A stretch of DNA of 64,000 nt from Histomonas meleagridis 2922-C6/04-290x (GCA_020184695.1 JAANOX010000239.1:31884-95883); one strand, 5' to 3'. Shown: positions 20,429 to 32,606, numbered from the stretch's first letter. Program-made: numbers and translations. Notes: generated from the sequence alone by a model not told the origin.

Positions 20429-22858
20429 TTACTTTACTTGTTGCATAATGTAATCAGCAGCACTTAAGAAAGTTGTTACCTCGAATTTTTCCTTAGCCTC
20501 CAGTAATCTTACGGACTCTTCTGCGGACATCAAATAATTTTCGAGGTATTTACACAGCGATGCCAAATTTGGCAACTTTGTTCTCAAAAGTGCGTACACG
20601 AAAAGTGGCAAAAAGTCATCGCCGGGGCACCCCTCACCTGCCTCAAACAAGTAAATGTCATGCAACACGTCCATACTCATTCCTATTTGCTCTAAACGTT
20701 CCAAGGGGGCCCCAGCCTGGGTACCCTTGTCCAATATATGTACCACTGAATCGAAACAAGAAGGCGTATTAAATAGTTGTGTTAATACACTTGAATATTT
20801 TTCTTTCATGAAAGCCTTCATAATTTTATCATAAGCAGCAGTTACTTTTTTATCTTCTTTCACTAAATCCTTATTAACGTTTAAGAAATTAGCGAAAGTT
20901 AACATTTTTAATAATTCGGAATGGAATTGCCGAGTTAATTTCATATGATGTTGTTGATCAAGTCCTAATGACTGAGCGAATGCAATAATTTTTTGGTTCA
21001 TTGGAATTAAGAAGTCATTCCATTGTTTCGGCTGACTTAAAAATGTTTTCTTATTTCGTTCTATTTCTTGTTTCACATCTTTATTCCGATGGAAGAACAA
21101 ATGTAATAAAGCTTGATGAATGATTGGTACTAATTGTGCATTCATTGATGCTGCGCCTTTCGATATTTTACTTAATTGTTCATAACATTCTTGTAACTCG
21201 AAGTTTAATGCTAATTCTTCAGAACACTTTTGGATTCCTGCTGTTACCATATTTGATACACTATTTAAGATTTCTTTTTCTGGTTTCTTACATCGAATAA
21301 TTTTGTTTTCGATTGCTTGCGTCTTTGTTAACATTTCTGTTGATGAGTTTTGTAATGCTCTTTCTTTTTGATATTTAAGGAAATCTAATAAATTATTGGG
21401 AGCATTTGGATCTGGTCGTATGTCTTGTAAATAATTAATCAAGTGTGAAATAATTTTATAATATTCGTCTTTTTGTAATGGCTTAACTTTGACTTCCATT
21501 ATTGGTAATACTAATTCAACGACTTCTGTCTTGGACTTGACAATGACATCTGATGGAATTTCTGGTAACTTAAAACTATGATACCAAAAATCAATAAGTT
21601 CATCAGTCTCTAAATTAAGTTGTGATTGGAATGAACATAATGAAAGTAATTTATCTTTGTCTGATTGCTTGTATTCAATATGATCAATACTGTCGGAAAT
21701 GATCTTAGAAATAAATAATACATCATTAGCAGAGGTAAGTAGTAAATTAGAACGAACATTAGTGACTTCTTGTAACTTCTTGGAATAAATGCCAGTCACT
21801 TCACCGGAAAAGTGCGATAAACGGTCGATGATGCGCTTGACACCAAGTGTCTTGAAGCCTTCGCACTTATTAAGGACATCAGAGAACTTTTGAAGGATGG
21901 TAGAGGGATTAATGGACCACCTAAAGAGACGGGTAAAGGTTGTGAGTGATAAAGTTGGTGTAGCTGCAGTTTCAGGAATTAACGCATATAATTTCGGATT
22001 AAGAAGAGCAGGTTGAAGTAAGTAATCAAAAAACATAAACTCAATAAGGGTGTCTGCATCATTAAAAGTGGAAATTACTTTGAAGAAATATCTAATAATT
22101 GTTGGCATATGTGATAAAGAGCTAAGGAGATCTTCAGTAAACTTTTTAACATATCCAACAAGGATTTGAATTTGTTCAGGTGAGTCAACAGGAGCTTTAG
22201 CAAGTTCTTCATCATTAATTAATGTCCAATAATCTGTGGATAAGGCTAATTGAAGATACTTTTGAACACCTGTCATATGCATAAACATACGGATGATCTC
22301 CCTAATAAATGAATTACGAAATTCATAGGATGTAACAGATCCACAATATATAATTTGAAGCTTTAAAAGATCGCAAAGTGTATGAACATAAGCAACAGCT
22401 TCTTCCACACACCAGCAGTATCCAAATAATGATGGAAGTGTTGATGAAGCGAAAAATGATAATGGCTTATCACAAGGATTATAAGGTAATTTGCTGCTTG
22501 GGCGACTGAAATAATAGTTAACACATCTTAAAAATAGTGGTAAGTGACTATTAAAGGCTTTGAGGAAACTATTGATTTTTAAGGTGATTGATGAACTAAA
22601 CGGTAAATTGGATGGGCTTTCATATACCTTATGATCTTCTCTTTTGTAAATCGATGAATGAAGGAATTGACTGACGTCAGACATTGAAAGCCTTGGATAC
22701 CACGTATCTAGAAAACAAAATGATCGAAGATCTGAAAGAAGTTTTCTAATGGTTGTATCAAGCATCTGACGTTGACGACTAACGTCGTCAGAGAGCATGG
22801 ATTGTAATTGCTTTTCTTGGATGATTTGCTGGTGGATGTAGTGGAACGAATTATCCAT
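20429..22858 (-). CDS. VPS9-domain Rab GEF with a RasGAP-like N-terminal region (GAPVD1/Gapex-5-like)
   Basis: C-terminal CPGDDFLPLFVYALLRTKLPNLASLCKYLENY (VPS9). N-terminal MPTIIRYFF...FFDYLLQPALLNP (RasGAP-like). Confidence 0.75.
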   Translation of the reverse strand: MDNSFHYIHQQIIQEKQLQSMLSDDVSRQRQMLDTTIRKLLSDLRSFCFLDTWYPRLSMSDVSQFLHSSIYKREDHKVYESPSNLPFSSSITLKINSFLKAFNSHLPLFLRCVNYYFSRPSSKLPYNPCDKPLSFFASSTLPSLFGYCWCVEEAVAYVHTLCDLLKLQIIYCGSVTSYEFRNSFIREIIRMFMHMTGVQKYLQLALSTDYWTLINDEELAKAPVDSPEQIQILVGYVKKFTEDLLSSLSHMPTIIRYFFKVISTFNDADTLIEFMFFDYLLQPALLNPKLYALIPETAATPTLSLTTFTRLFRWSINPSTILQKFSDVLNKCEGFKTLGVKRIIDRLSHFSGEVTGIYSKKLQEVTNVRSNLLLTSANDVLFISKIISDSIDHIEYKQSDKDKLLSLCSFQSQLNLETDELIDFWYHSFKLPEIPSDVIVKSKTEVVELVLPIMEVKVKPLQKDEYYKIISHLINYLQDIRPDPNAPNNLLDFLKYQKERALQNSSTEMLTKTQAIENKIIRCKKPEKEILNSVSNMVTAGIQKCSEELALNFELQECYEQLSKISKGAASMNAQLVPIIHQALLHLFFHRNKDVKQEIERNKKTFLSQPKQWNDFLIPMNQKIIAFAQSLGLDQQHHMKLTRQFHSELLKMLTFANFLNVNKDLVKEDKKVTAAYDKIMKAFMKEKYSSVLTQLFNTPSCFDSVVHILDKGTQAGAPLERLEQIGMSMDVLHDIYLFEAGEGCPGDDFLPLFVYALLRTKLPNLASLCKYLENYLMSAEESVRLLEAKEKFEVTTFLSAADYIMQQVK

Positions 22859-23072
22859 TGCAACTTTTTACCCTTGTGAAAAGGGTAAAACAGCAAGTTG
22901 TGTTATGACGAAAAGCTTTTCAAAAATGAAAAACTTTCAATAGGAAATTCAAAAAATGAGTTGTCGTTTATCCTCAGAAATAATTTTCAGACGAGACGAT
23001 AGAGTTTTGAATGTGTACGTTCGGAATTCGTCACATTGTTTATGTCAGTTTTATTATTAAACGTTCCTTAAT

Positions 23073-23336
23073 ATGGAAGATCTCAACAGACAAATAGATA
23101 TTTTAGATTCAAGAATTCAAGACACAGCTAAATTTGCTGCCGTTAGAGAAGGAAAACTTAATGAAGAAATTTCAAGTCTTAAAACACAGATAGAAATGCT
23201 AAAAACATATCAAAAGAATCTTGATAAATGTATTCAAAAGATTGCACTCGTGCACTCTCAACTTACAGCATTGCCTAACTATAAACTATCAAGATCTGAT
23301 GTAGATGAAGTAATTCGTTTAGTTTCAAATTTATAA
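23073..23336 (+). CDS. Small coiled-coil hypothetical protein (87 aa)
   Basis: ATG ORF with a heptad pattern, between the VPS9 gene and actin. Confidence 0.5.
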   Translation: MEDLNRQIDILDSRIQDTAKFAAVREGKLNEEISSLKTQIEMLKTYQKNLDKCIQKIALVHSQLTALPNYKLSRSDVDEVIRLVSNL

Positions 23337-23601
23337 GCATTCATCGGTTACATTTTTATAACGTAAAGTTTTATGAACGTCATGGCACATATTTTGTATA
23401 ATGTGGGAAACAGTAATTTTTAAGCATCATTGTATTTAGCAAAGATTTCTAAAAACCAGACATGTCTTTCACTTTTTCACAGGAAGAAAACGTTTTGACG
23501 TGTGTCCAACGGTTGAGTTTTATGCTGGGTCACATCACCTGGCATATCAGTGTAATGTCAAAATTGTCCTTAAATTTGAATTAAAAAGTGCTATCATCAA
23601 A

Positions 23602-23606
23602 TCACT
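23602..23606 (+). promoter_or_regulatory. Initiator (Inr)-like element TCACT upstream of actin
   Basis: TCACTTCACA about 15-19 nt before the ATG, matching the trichomonad Inr consensus. Confidence 0.55.
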
Positions 23607-23620
23607 TCACATTTATTCTG

Positions 23621-24751
23621 ATGGCTGAAGACGAAGTCCAAACATTAGTTATCGATAATGGTTCCGGTATGTGCAAGGCTGGTTTCGCTGGTGATGAAGC
23701 ACCACGCTCAGTTTTCCCATCCATTGTTGGTCGTCCAAAGTATGTCCAAACAATCGCAGGTGGTCAAAACAAGGATACATATGTTGGTGATGAAGCATGT
23801 GCTAAGGCAGGTATCCTTATCCTTAAGTACCCAATTGAACACGGTATCGTTACCAACTGGGACGATATGGAAAAGATCTGGCACCACACCTTCTACAACG
23901 AATTACGTGTTGACCCAGCTGAACACCCAGTTCTTCTTACAGAAGCCCCAATGAACCCAAAGGCTAACCGTGAAAAGATGATCCAACTTCAATTCGAAAC
24001 ATTCAACGTTCCAGCATTCTATGTTGGTATCCAAGCCGTTCTTTCCCTTTACTCATCAGGTCGTACAACCGGTATCGTTTTCGATGCAGGTGATGGTGTT
24101 TCCCACACAGTTCCAATCTACGAAGGTTACTCCCTTCCACACGCCATCATGCGTATCAACCTCGCCGGTCGTGATCTCACAGCCTACCTCCAAAAGATCC
24201 TCAACGAACGTGGTTACACCTTCACAACATCCGCTGAAAAGGAAATTGTTCGTGATATCAAGGAGAAGCACGCATATGTTGCTCTTGATTTCGACGAAGA
24301 AATGAACAAGGCCGCCACAACATCCGAATGCGACATCTCATACACACTTCCAGATGGCAACGTCATCACCATCGCCAACGAGCGCTTCAGGTGCCCAGAA
24401 CTTCTTTTCAAGCCACACTTCAATGGCTTCGAATTCGAAGGTATTGACCAAACCCTCTTCAACTCCATCATGGCATGCGATATCGATGTCCGTAAGGATC
24501 TCTACGCTAACATTGTTCTCTCTGGTGGTACCACAATGTTCGAAGGTCTCCCAGAACGTATGGAGAAGGAAATGGTCCGCCTCGCACCACCAACAATGAA
24601 GATCAAAGTCGTCGCCCCACCAGAACGTAAGTACGCAGTTTGGATCGGTGGCTCCATCCTTGCCTCCCTTGCCACATTCCCACAAATGGTTATCACACGT
24701 GACGAATACAACGAAGCTGGTCCAGGAATTGTCCACCGCAAGTGCTTCTAA
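23621..24751 (+). CDS. ACT: Actin
   Basis: [39 protein letters not shown]...[10 protein letters not shown], 376 aa, strong C-ending codon bias. True ATG at 23621; the stop is followed by A (TAAA). Confidence 0.99.
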   Translation: MAEDEVQTLVIDNGSGMCKAGFAGDEAPRSVFPSIVGRPKYVQTIAGGQNKDTYVGDEACAKAGILILKYPIEHGIVTNWDDMEKIWHHTFYNELRVDPAEHPVLLTEAPMNPKANREKMIQLQFETFNVPAFYVGIQAVLSLYSSGRTTGIVFDAGDGVSHTVPIYEGYSLPHAIMRINLAGRDLTAYLQKILNERGYTFTTSAEKEIVRDIKEKHAYVALDFDEEMNKAATTSECDISYTLPDGNVITIANERFRCPELLFKPHFNGFEFEGIDQTLFNSIMACDIDVRKDLYANIVLSGGTTMFEGLPERMEKEMVRLAPPTMKIKVVAPPERKYAVWIGGSILASLATFPQMVITRDEYNEAGPGIVHRKCF

Positions 24752-25356
24752 ACATGCATTGATATGCTTTATTTGTTTTTTTTAACTTTCAACACCGAGT
24801 TTCATCACCAATTTATCCTTTAGTTTTCATTTAATTTCTTGTTCGATACATCGAAATGTTTAATTGACGAATACTAATTTAATCATATTTGGAATAATGC
24901 CCACCATGGGCTGGTGCAAGAATAAAAGAAATCGCATCACTCAATCCTTCAAAAAAGTAGACTGAAAAAAAATACTCTTGGAAAAAATGAGGTTTTAAAT
25001 TTTTCTTCAATTGAGCTATTTCCCAATTTTTAGAACCTAGAAAGGTGTTACCAAGACTGTTAGACGCAACAAAAGCAAAATCTGTAACAAATTTGATAAC
25101 TTAATCGGTTCTTTTCTATTTAACGTACATAAGCAACCGTTTATTTACATTCTTTTAGGATTCAAATCGCTCAAGTTTTTGAATATATACGATTTTTAGT
25201 AAATTTGACTCAATCGTTGAAATCATATAAAAAGCAGTTTAAATTGTCAGACATGGTATAATACATTCAATTTTTATTTTTCAGAACTCGTAAATTTTTT
25301 GACTAAGTTTGTCTGAAGTAAATCACAAGTTAAAAAACGGATTCGTCAGAAAGCTT

Positions 25357-26760
25357 ATGTCCAGTTCTTGCGCCTCAGAAGAAAGCAACGACAAACTTAT
25401 CGATGACTGCAGAGTACTGTTAGGCTCTCAAGACTGGAATTCATTTGCTTCTCTATATAAAAAAATTTCCAAAATTGAATTTATTGAAAGTAACCCAAAA
25501 TTTATGATGTTGAAAACAGATGCAACCAATGCCCTTATTGAAAAGCTGGAGTCTATTACAGAATATGAGCAGTATCAAGTTTTTCTTAGATTCTTAGATA
25601 TTGTTGTAAATGATAAGAAGATGCTTTGGGAAGTAATGCACACACAAATGAAACCGATTTTAAAAGTAACAGTACATCAAGCACAACTTATTGCTGCCAC
25701 ATATTTCAAGCCGAGCATGTTATTTGAATTTGGAATAAGTTCTTTTCTTCATTCAAGTACTTGTGATTTCGCTAGCATTACAAACGAAGAAGCACTTGTT
25801 GATGTTTTTTATGGAATTATCGGTTTTATCAATGGTTGTGATCTTGACAAAAAATATGAAACCTCGAACAAAGAATATCTTGATTTCACGCTCAAACTCT
25901 TACAAATTTTTATTCACTTCGAGGACTTTGATTCTTACCGCTTTGTTTGGGTCATAGAGGCCATCAAAGACAACTTCCGCATTGCAACATCAACTTTCCG
26001 AACGATGTGTGAAAAAGTTCTCGAAGAGTATTCAAAAAGTGAAGATAAGCGACCGTTAAACAAGCTACACAAGTTATGTGTAATATCAACTTCACCTTTT
26101 CTCTGTAATTTCCCGATTGTTAAAGAAACAATTGAGAATGAGTTTAAGCTTCAAATTATAGCGCAACGAAAATTTTCGCGCAAATATGTTTTCAGTTGTT
26201 TTTCAACAATCGATTGGAGCACTCGATCTACTGTCTCCACGACAATACCGTATAAGTCTTGGAGACTTTTCCTTGAAAACCTAAACGCTACGATTCAAGA
26301 AAAGCCGGAACTACCAATTTTAATTCTTGCAGATTTCATCAATGATTCGCTAACAGCTTTTAATGGGATATATGGAGTTGCACAGCCAACACGAGAAAGG
26401 TCAGTGATCTTAAGGATGGACATCTTTGCGATTGTCGATTCAATTGTTCAGTTCTATCCGATGGAAATGGACGAAACGATCTTGAACAAGATTTGGTACT
26501 TGTTATACATCGCGGCAATAAGCGGCGCGACAGTGAACGAGCTCGAAGAAATCGAATACTCAGAGGCGCCAGAGCCAAGTGACCCATTGCTTGGTTTGGA
26601 AAGGAATGCGACGGGATTTATCGACTACAGAAAGGCGCTTGGAAGGCTCGGACAGAAGTTTAAGGACGAGAAGGAATCGTTGGAACTGATGATTAAGTTC
26701 ATTCGCCAAAACTACAAATTCGTACAAAGAAATACAGCGCCACCACCGCATGAGGTGTGA
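25357..26760 (+). CDS. Hypothetical helical protein
   Basis: Long ORF (the track starts at TTG 25309; first ATG at 25357). No family recognised. The 3' end is GC-richer. Confidence 0.7.
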   Translation: MSSSCASEESNDKLIDDCRVLLGSQDWNSFASLYKKISKIEFIESNPKFMMLKTDATNALIEKLESITEYEQYQVFLRFLDIVVNDKKMLWEVMHTQMKPILKVTVHQAQLIAATYFKPSMLFEFGISSFLHSSTCDFASITNEEALVDVFYGIIGFINGCDLDKKYETSNKEYLDFTLKLLQIFIHFEDFDSYRFVWVIEAIKDNFRIATSTFRTMCEKVLEEYSKSEDKRPLNKLHKLCVISTSPFLCNFPIVKETIENEFKLQIIAQRKFSRKYVFSCFSTIDWSTRSTVSTTIPYKSWRLFLENLNATIQEKPELPILILADFINDSLTAFNGIYGVAQPTRERSVILRMDIFAIVDSIVQFYPMEMDETILNKIWYLLYIAAISGATVNELEEIEYSEAPEPSDPLLGLERNATGFIDYRKALGRLGQKFKDEKESLELMIKFIRQNYKFVQRNTAPPPHEV

Positions 26761-27406
26761 TGTTAACTGGTTTCTACTTTGTTTTCACCGGTTTAATCAG
26801 ATTAGTTATATCTGTTGTATATTAAAATTTATCCTTTTGTACACTATAATTATAATTTGCTTTCGAGTTGCTCAAAATTTATTTCTTAAATATACTTTTG
26901 ATCTGCATTTGGAAATTTGCTTCTACATTTTATAAGTTTTCGGTTACTCGATTGTGAGCTTTACTCATACGATATTCTTTAATGTTGAGTATGTTATTGA
27001 CCATTTCAGATACATACTGTATAAAAATGGAATTAATAATATTTTATATTTTGAATAATTATTGAATGCAACAAGTTATATGAAAATATTATAATATTAT
27101 AATTATAGAATTATACAAATTTATTAATAAAAAATATCTTTCATATAAAATTTCATGAAATAATTATCATTGTCTTCGTCTTGCTTCATCTTTAAATTCT
27201 TAAGAAAACAACTTTAAGTACTGTTGCACTTAGGGGATACTTGTTATTACTAGAATTAATTCTCAAAAAAATTGGTGTCGAATGTTTTTACGATTGTTCT
27301 AATTTAAAATCTATTTTTTCACCCTTAAAATTAAGATAATAAACGAAATTTCAAATCTCATACAAAAATTAAAAATACACATTATAAAAAGGAATTGATG
27401 ATCATT

Positions 27407-30400
27407 TTATTCGTTTGGCTCATATTTCAGTGTATTTGTTTCAAATTCACTGATTTCATCACTTTTCAAGATTAATTTGGGATCCTTGAGTATATATCTG
27501 CACCCGTATTTAATTGATGTAACGCATCGAGGTCCATGTTTATCAAATTGATAATCAGATGCATAAATTGGTAAAAATTGAACAGATTTTCTATTGATTC
27601 CATTATAATAGTTATTCACACGCCACATTTCCTTCTTATAAAATAATTTATTTACGCCCCAATGAAAATAATTCTCTGATAATATAAAAGCATTTAACAT
27701 TTGTACATTTTTCGGTAAGACTGTTAAACTCTCACCTTCTTTAAAGGACGTGATAAAAATTGTGTTTTCTCCTTGTGTAGATTCGATCTTGTGAAGTTCT
27801 TCTTCATTAATACCTTTAGCATAGATGAAACTTATTTGTGAAGGAAGTGTAGTTGTTCGTTTTTTGGCGTAGCGTTCAAATCTTGTTATCACTTTTGATA
27901 AATCAACATTTTCATGAAGTATCATATATTTATCATCTTTTGCATCAAGTTTTATTCCAGTTAAAGATTGAAAAAGAAGTGTTGAATCATGATTCGGTTG
28001 ATCATAAAATATATATAAAGGCTGATCACTTTTAACTAATCTTTTTGTAAATCTATTCATATCAATTACACTAAATTTTCTTTCTCTAATGTTTCTTTCC
28101 CAAATATAAGGATAAAAGGTTGTTGTTAAATCATTTTCAAGTTTTTTATATACTGAATTAATGTAATTATCTTCCATTATCAATCCTAAAAAAGCACTAC
28201 CGAATACAATTCTTGCAAGATTCCCAATAACTGGAATAAATCCAACTGCTCTTTCTATTACTTTGTATGCTGTAATATGCCATCTTTTATTGGTTAAAAA
28301 CTTTTGATGTGACATTGTGTTTTGCCATTCTGCTTTGTTTGCATTAAAATATGAACACATATCACTTTTAATTTCCCATACATATTGGTTAAAGTCAAAG
28401 AATGGTATTTCATCATTCCCTAAAATGTATGGTAATATAATATCTACATAAAGACTAATTAATATTTCTAATTTCTTTACGATATCTTCTGGATTTTCAG
28501 ATTCAAAATTTGATCTCATTTTTTTTATAATAATTGTATTAAGAAGCATACAACACGCACAACAATGCCTAAGCGATGAGTCAAGTGTATTTGGTATTTT
28601 TTTGTTTTCAAATTTCAAAACAAGATTCATAAAGTTCATAAAGTATGGATCAAATAATGGATAAGAACTATATGTCAGTGCTTGTATGTATTGGGAGGGG
28701 TAAAGTTTTACTTTAGGTATGGAACTCAAAATATAATATAAGCTTTGGTACACTGTATTAACATAACCAGGATAATTATATGCAGCATTTCCGAGTGGCA
28801 ATGGCATTAATGAATCTGGCCTATAAAGGTTTTTTGCAATATTATGCTCATGCCACCATAATTTTGTAAATTCTGAAATATTTTCTTTATATTCTTCAGG
28901 ATCCTTTAAATGCAAAACATTCTCTAGGTCTCGATAATTTTTCACAAGAAAATAAACTTTTGATAATGAAAAAGATGAAGAAAGTTGAGCACGACGAATT
29001 GTTGTTAATATTGTTTTCATATCATCAACTTTATCATTGAAATTAGATACAGTTAGACATATTGTTGTTATTGATGTAAATACTGCATTAACTTTATCCA
29101 ATACTGGTTTAAGATTTAATTCATAATCTTCATCGCCAATACTCTGCGAATCAATGAAAAACATCGCCGTATCCTTATTAACATCAAGTGAATTACATTT
29201 CTCTTTAAGTTGGCAATAATCATCATCAAGCCTATTAATTAAATCAGAAACAATATATGGACCATCAATTAAAAATCCTTGTGTTTGACTTTTTATACCT
29301 TTTCCTGCATAAAATGCTGCGTTTCCTGTAAGTGTCCGAAGAAATGTAGATTTTCCTGATTGATATGGTCCAAAGAGCATCACCAAAACAATTGGTCTAT
29401 CTCCTGCTCTTTTTAAAACAGACTCAAATACATCTAATAATATTGGATAAGTTCCTTTTTCATTCCATGGGTGTGGTTTGCCAGGAAGTTCAATTAAAGG
29501 TGTTGGAATAATAAAATTATTTAATGGACAGAATACTGAATCCAATAATTGATTTTTATATGTGTCAAGAACTGATCTATTAACTTTTAAATCATCAAGG
29601 CCATTATTTATCTCCCTAAATATATCCTTTGATTTTGGCCTTTTACTTGGATCCTTTATATTGCATTTAATAAATATTTTTTTGTATAAATCCGGAATTC
29701 CAGAAGCAATTTGAGGGGGATTACCATCCGCGATGTTCTCATTAATTTGTTGAATACTCAAACCTTTATAAGGAGGAGATCCAGAAAAAATTTCATTTAC
29801 AAGAAGCCCAAATGAATATACATCAGTTTTTGGTGAATATTGTCCTCCTGATAAAACTTCAGGTGCAATATATGGAAGTGTAGACATTAGTTCTCCTTTA
29901 GGATTTTTATGTGAATCACCAAAACCTGCAATAATTGGATGAAAGTAATCATCAATGAGAATATTATCGACTTTAAGATCATGATGTATTATACCTTTCT
30001 CATGAAGATAGTTTAAGCCAGTAGCAATTCCAAATATAATCAGAGATTTTGTAAGTAAATTCCATTCTGAAGGAGGTGAATTAATGATGTCACGTAAAGT
30101 ACCATTAATATAAAACGGGGTAATAAGAACTGCCTTTTTGTAATCAGGATTGAGATAAAATCCAACTAATCATTGGACTGCTGGATGCGATAATTTACAT
30201 AACGTCTTGAATTCATTAACAAGTGATTATTATGAATCTTCTGTTAAGGCTCTTTTCATTGCAATCATTTGACCTGTGTATTTGATGATTCCTTTATCAA
30301 TACAAAATTCTCCTTCATGTATATTTTTTTCTAAAATTTCGAACAAGTCAAGAGAATCAATGACACGACGCTGTTCTTCTTTAGTAAATTCTTGTTCTGA

Positions 30401-30409
30401 AACAAGCAT
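27407..30409 (-). pseudogene. Protein (pseudo)kinase fused to a GBP/atlastin-like P-loop GTPase and a degenerate second GTPase-like repeat; three in-frame stops in the kinase N-lobe
   Basis: ATG at 30409 is in frame with ORF 27407-29887 (3003 nt). Manual translation gives IAMKR...EDS**SLVNEFKTLCKLSHPAVQ*LVGFY...LNYLHEKGIIHHDLKVDNILIDD...IAGFGDS...TLPYIAPE, then GPYQSGKS (P-loop) and FFIDSQS. Confidence 0.8.
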
Positions 30410-30922
30410 TCGTTGTTAATGTGAAGTGAGATCCAAACCCCGAAAAATTCTATCAAAATGTTCTGAAAAAATGCCAGTTTACAATGCATTATCGTGCTAA
30501 TCAAATTGTATACTTTATCGAAATCTGATAAAAAAAATTGCCAACCGTTTATTTTGTCTATGTTATCATGATAAAAAAGTGACAATCTGCATTCAAAATT
30601 CTAATATCATTATGAACGATAGTATTCAAAATTTTATAATAAAAATAAAAATATCTCGTGAAAATCGATATATATATATTTATGCTATATCAATTCTGAT
30701 CGCAACCATAATTAAAGGAGGTTATTTCTATCTAATTCAAATGTTCACAAACTATATAAAAATTTATGATTTATCTAAAATTTTGTTGGCTGTCTACATG
30801 TTTTTCATTACAGGTCTATATAAAAAATTCATTTTTTGTTGAATTAGTGATTAATATAACAAATTCACTTCGAAATAATTCAAATTTGTGTTTTATTTAG
30901 TGAATACAATGTAATATATATT

Positions 30923-32422
30923 TTATTCAGCGCCTTTCGTTTGTTTCCATTCTTCATATTTCTTCAATGTATTTTTATCTACAGAACTTTTCCTCAATGC
31001 GACGGCTCTTTCGAAGTCTTCGTCGGTGATGATAACCTTCGCCTCTTCAACGGACAAGTTCACCCATTGGTTCGTATTCAGCAGCGACGTTTTCCTATCG
31101 AACACAGCTTGTGCCGCATCTCTGCACAAATTCGTAATGTCTGCGCAACTATACCCGTTCAGTCTCTGCGCCCACATCTTCAGATCGAATTCCTCGTCGA
31201 TCATTTCTCCGATGTTCATTCGGAGTATCGCTTCTCGCCCCTCTTCGTCGGGCAATGGTATGTATATTCTCTTTTGGAACCTTCGAACGAGTGCTTCGTC
31301 CAAATCCCACGGGAAATTCGTCGCCGCGAGAACAAACACTTGGCTGTTCTCTGTGGCGCTGTCGATTCCTTCCAACTTAGTAAGAAGCTGCGCTTTCATT
31401 TTGCGGCTCGCTTCGTGCTCGCTTCCGCTGCCGCGTTGCGAGGCAATGGAATCGATCTCGTCGAAAAAGATGGTCGAAGGCGCCATTTGCTCAGCTAATG
31501 TAAACAAATATGAAACAAGTTTCTCGCTCTCGCCGTGCCACTTGGAGGAGATGGTCGCAGAGGTGACGTTGAAGAAAGTGCGCTTGCATTCGGTGGCAAC
31601 AGCTTTCGCTAAAAAGGTTTTGCCAGTGCCGGGAGGGCCGTAGAAGAGAACGGACTTCCATGGCGCAAGAAGACCTTTGCAGATGTCGGGACGCATGGGC
31701 AAAATAACAAGGTTCTGGCGTAGGAGACGCTTGACTTGGGAAAGGCCGGCAATGGAATCCCAGGAAACATTGGGCTCCCGAATAAGAATTCCCATATCGA
31801 TGATTTGTTGCACAAGTGGATTGTCAGTGGGATCAAGTGGAGGCTTTTCGTCGTCTTTTTTGGATGGTGCATTGGGGGGTGATGGCTTAGGATTGGATGG
31901 TTTGTTTTGTGCTGGTTTATTATTTTGTGATTGTCGATTAGTTGGGACAGATTGGCGACGACCAAGTTGACTATTTGGAGCACGTACTTGTGAAACTGGT
32001 TGTCGACTTGGAGTGACTTTACGTGGTTTAGATATATTTACAACTGGCCGACGTTCAGGTGCACGGAGTTCTACTTGTGGATGATCGACATTAGGTGAAT
32101 GTAAGCGTTGAGGAGGCTCTAAAGCTATATCGAAATCTGAATTTTTTTTGTGAGATTGATGATTATTTTGAGGCTCGTTGTCAAGATTTTCAAGAATTTC
32201 ATCAAGTATGTTCTTAACACGAAGTACTGCAGCTTCTTCATCTTTGATATATTTTTGAAGTTGTGTCCACTTTACTAATTTACTTGGATCTTGACAATTA
32301 TCAATTTCATTACTAGTATCTTGTTGTGCATTTTGATACGAACGAATGGATGCCTCATAATTTCCAAGTCTAGCATGTTCTCTTGCTAGATTAATATGGT
32401 TTATGGCAGCACTATCGCTCAT
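30923..32422 (-). CDS. KATNA1: Katanin p60 catalytic subunit (MIT + AAA ATPase)
   Basis: N-terminal AREHARLGNYE MIT motif, Walker A GPPGTGKT, Walker B IFFDE, SKWHGESEKLV, AATNFPWDLDEA, YEEW C-terminus. Confidence 0.92.
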   Translation of the reverse strand: MSDSAAINHINLAREHARLGNYEASIRSYQNAQQDTSNEIDNCQDPSKLVKWTQLQKYIKDEEAAVLRVKNILDEILENLDNEPQNNHQSHKKNSDFDIALEPPQRLHSPNVDHPQVELRAPERRPVVNISKPRKVTPSRQPVSQVRAPNSQLGRRQSVPTNRQSQNNKPAQNKPSNPKPSPPNAPSKKDDEKPPLDPTDNPLVQQIIDMGILIREPNVSWDSIAGLSQVKRLLRQNLVILPMRPDICKGLLAPWKSVLFYGPPGTGKTFLAKAVATECKRTFFNVTSATISSKWHGESEKLVSYLFTLAEQMAPSTIFFDEIDSIASQRGSGSEHEASRKMKAQLLTKLEGIDSATENSQVFVLAATNFPWDLDEALVRRFQKRIYIPLPDEEGREAILRMNIGEMIDEEFDLKMWAQRLNGYSCADITNLCRDAAQAVFDRKTSLLNTNQWVNLSVEEAKVIITDEDFERAVALRKSSVDKNTLKKYEEWKQTKGAE

Positions 32423-32606
32423 TATTTTGTGTAAACATTAGAAACGTATTGCCGATAAGTCCATCATATCATATTTTCATTCAATTATATTTAATTTGTG
32501 AGAAAATAATATTCATTACACATAAATACTCAAATCTCCAGCGAATTGTGAAATGAAATTTATTTACTTGAGTATTAAATCCTTTAAAAATGTTTATTTA
32601 CAAGTT

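Noticed and set aside
23658-24741. Overlapping alternative ORFs within actin (also within katanin and the 60-bp repeat)
   Set aside because: Shadow ORFs expected from codon bias, higher GC and repeat periodicity.
30170-30232. Alternative genetic code (TAA=Gln, TGA sense)
   Set aside because: Actin, RPS13 and other conserved genes in the window end at TAA exactly at their expected C-termini.
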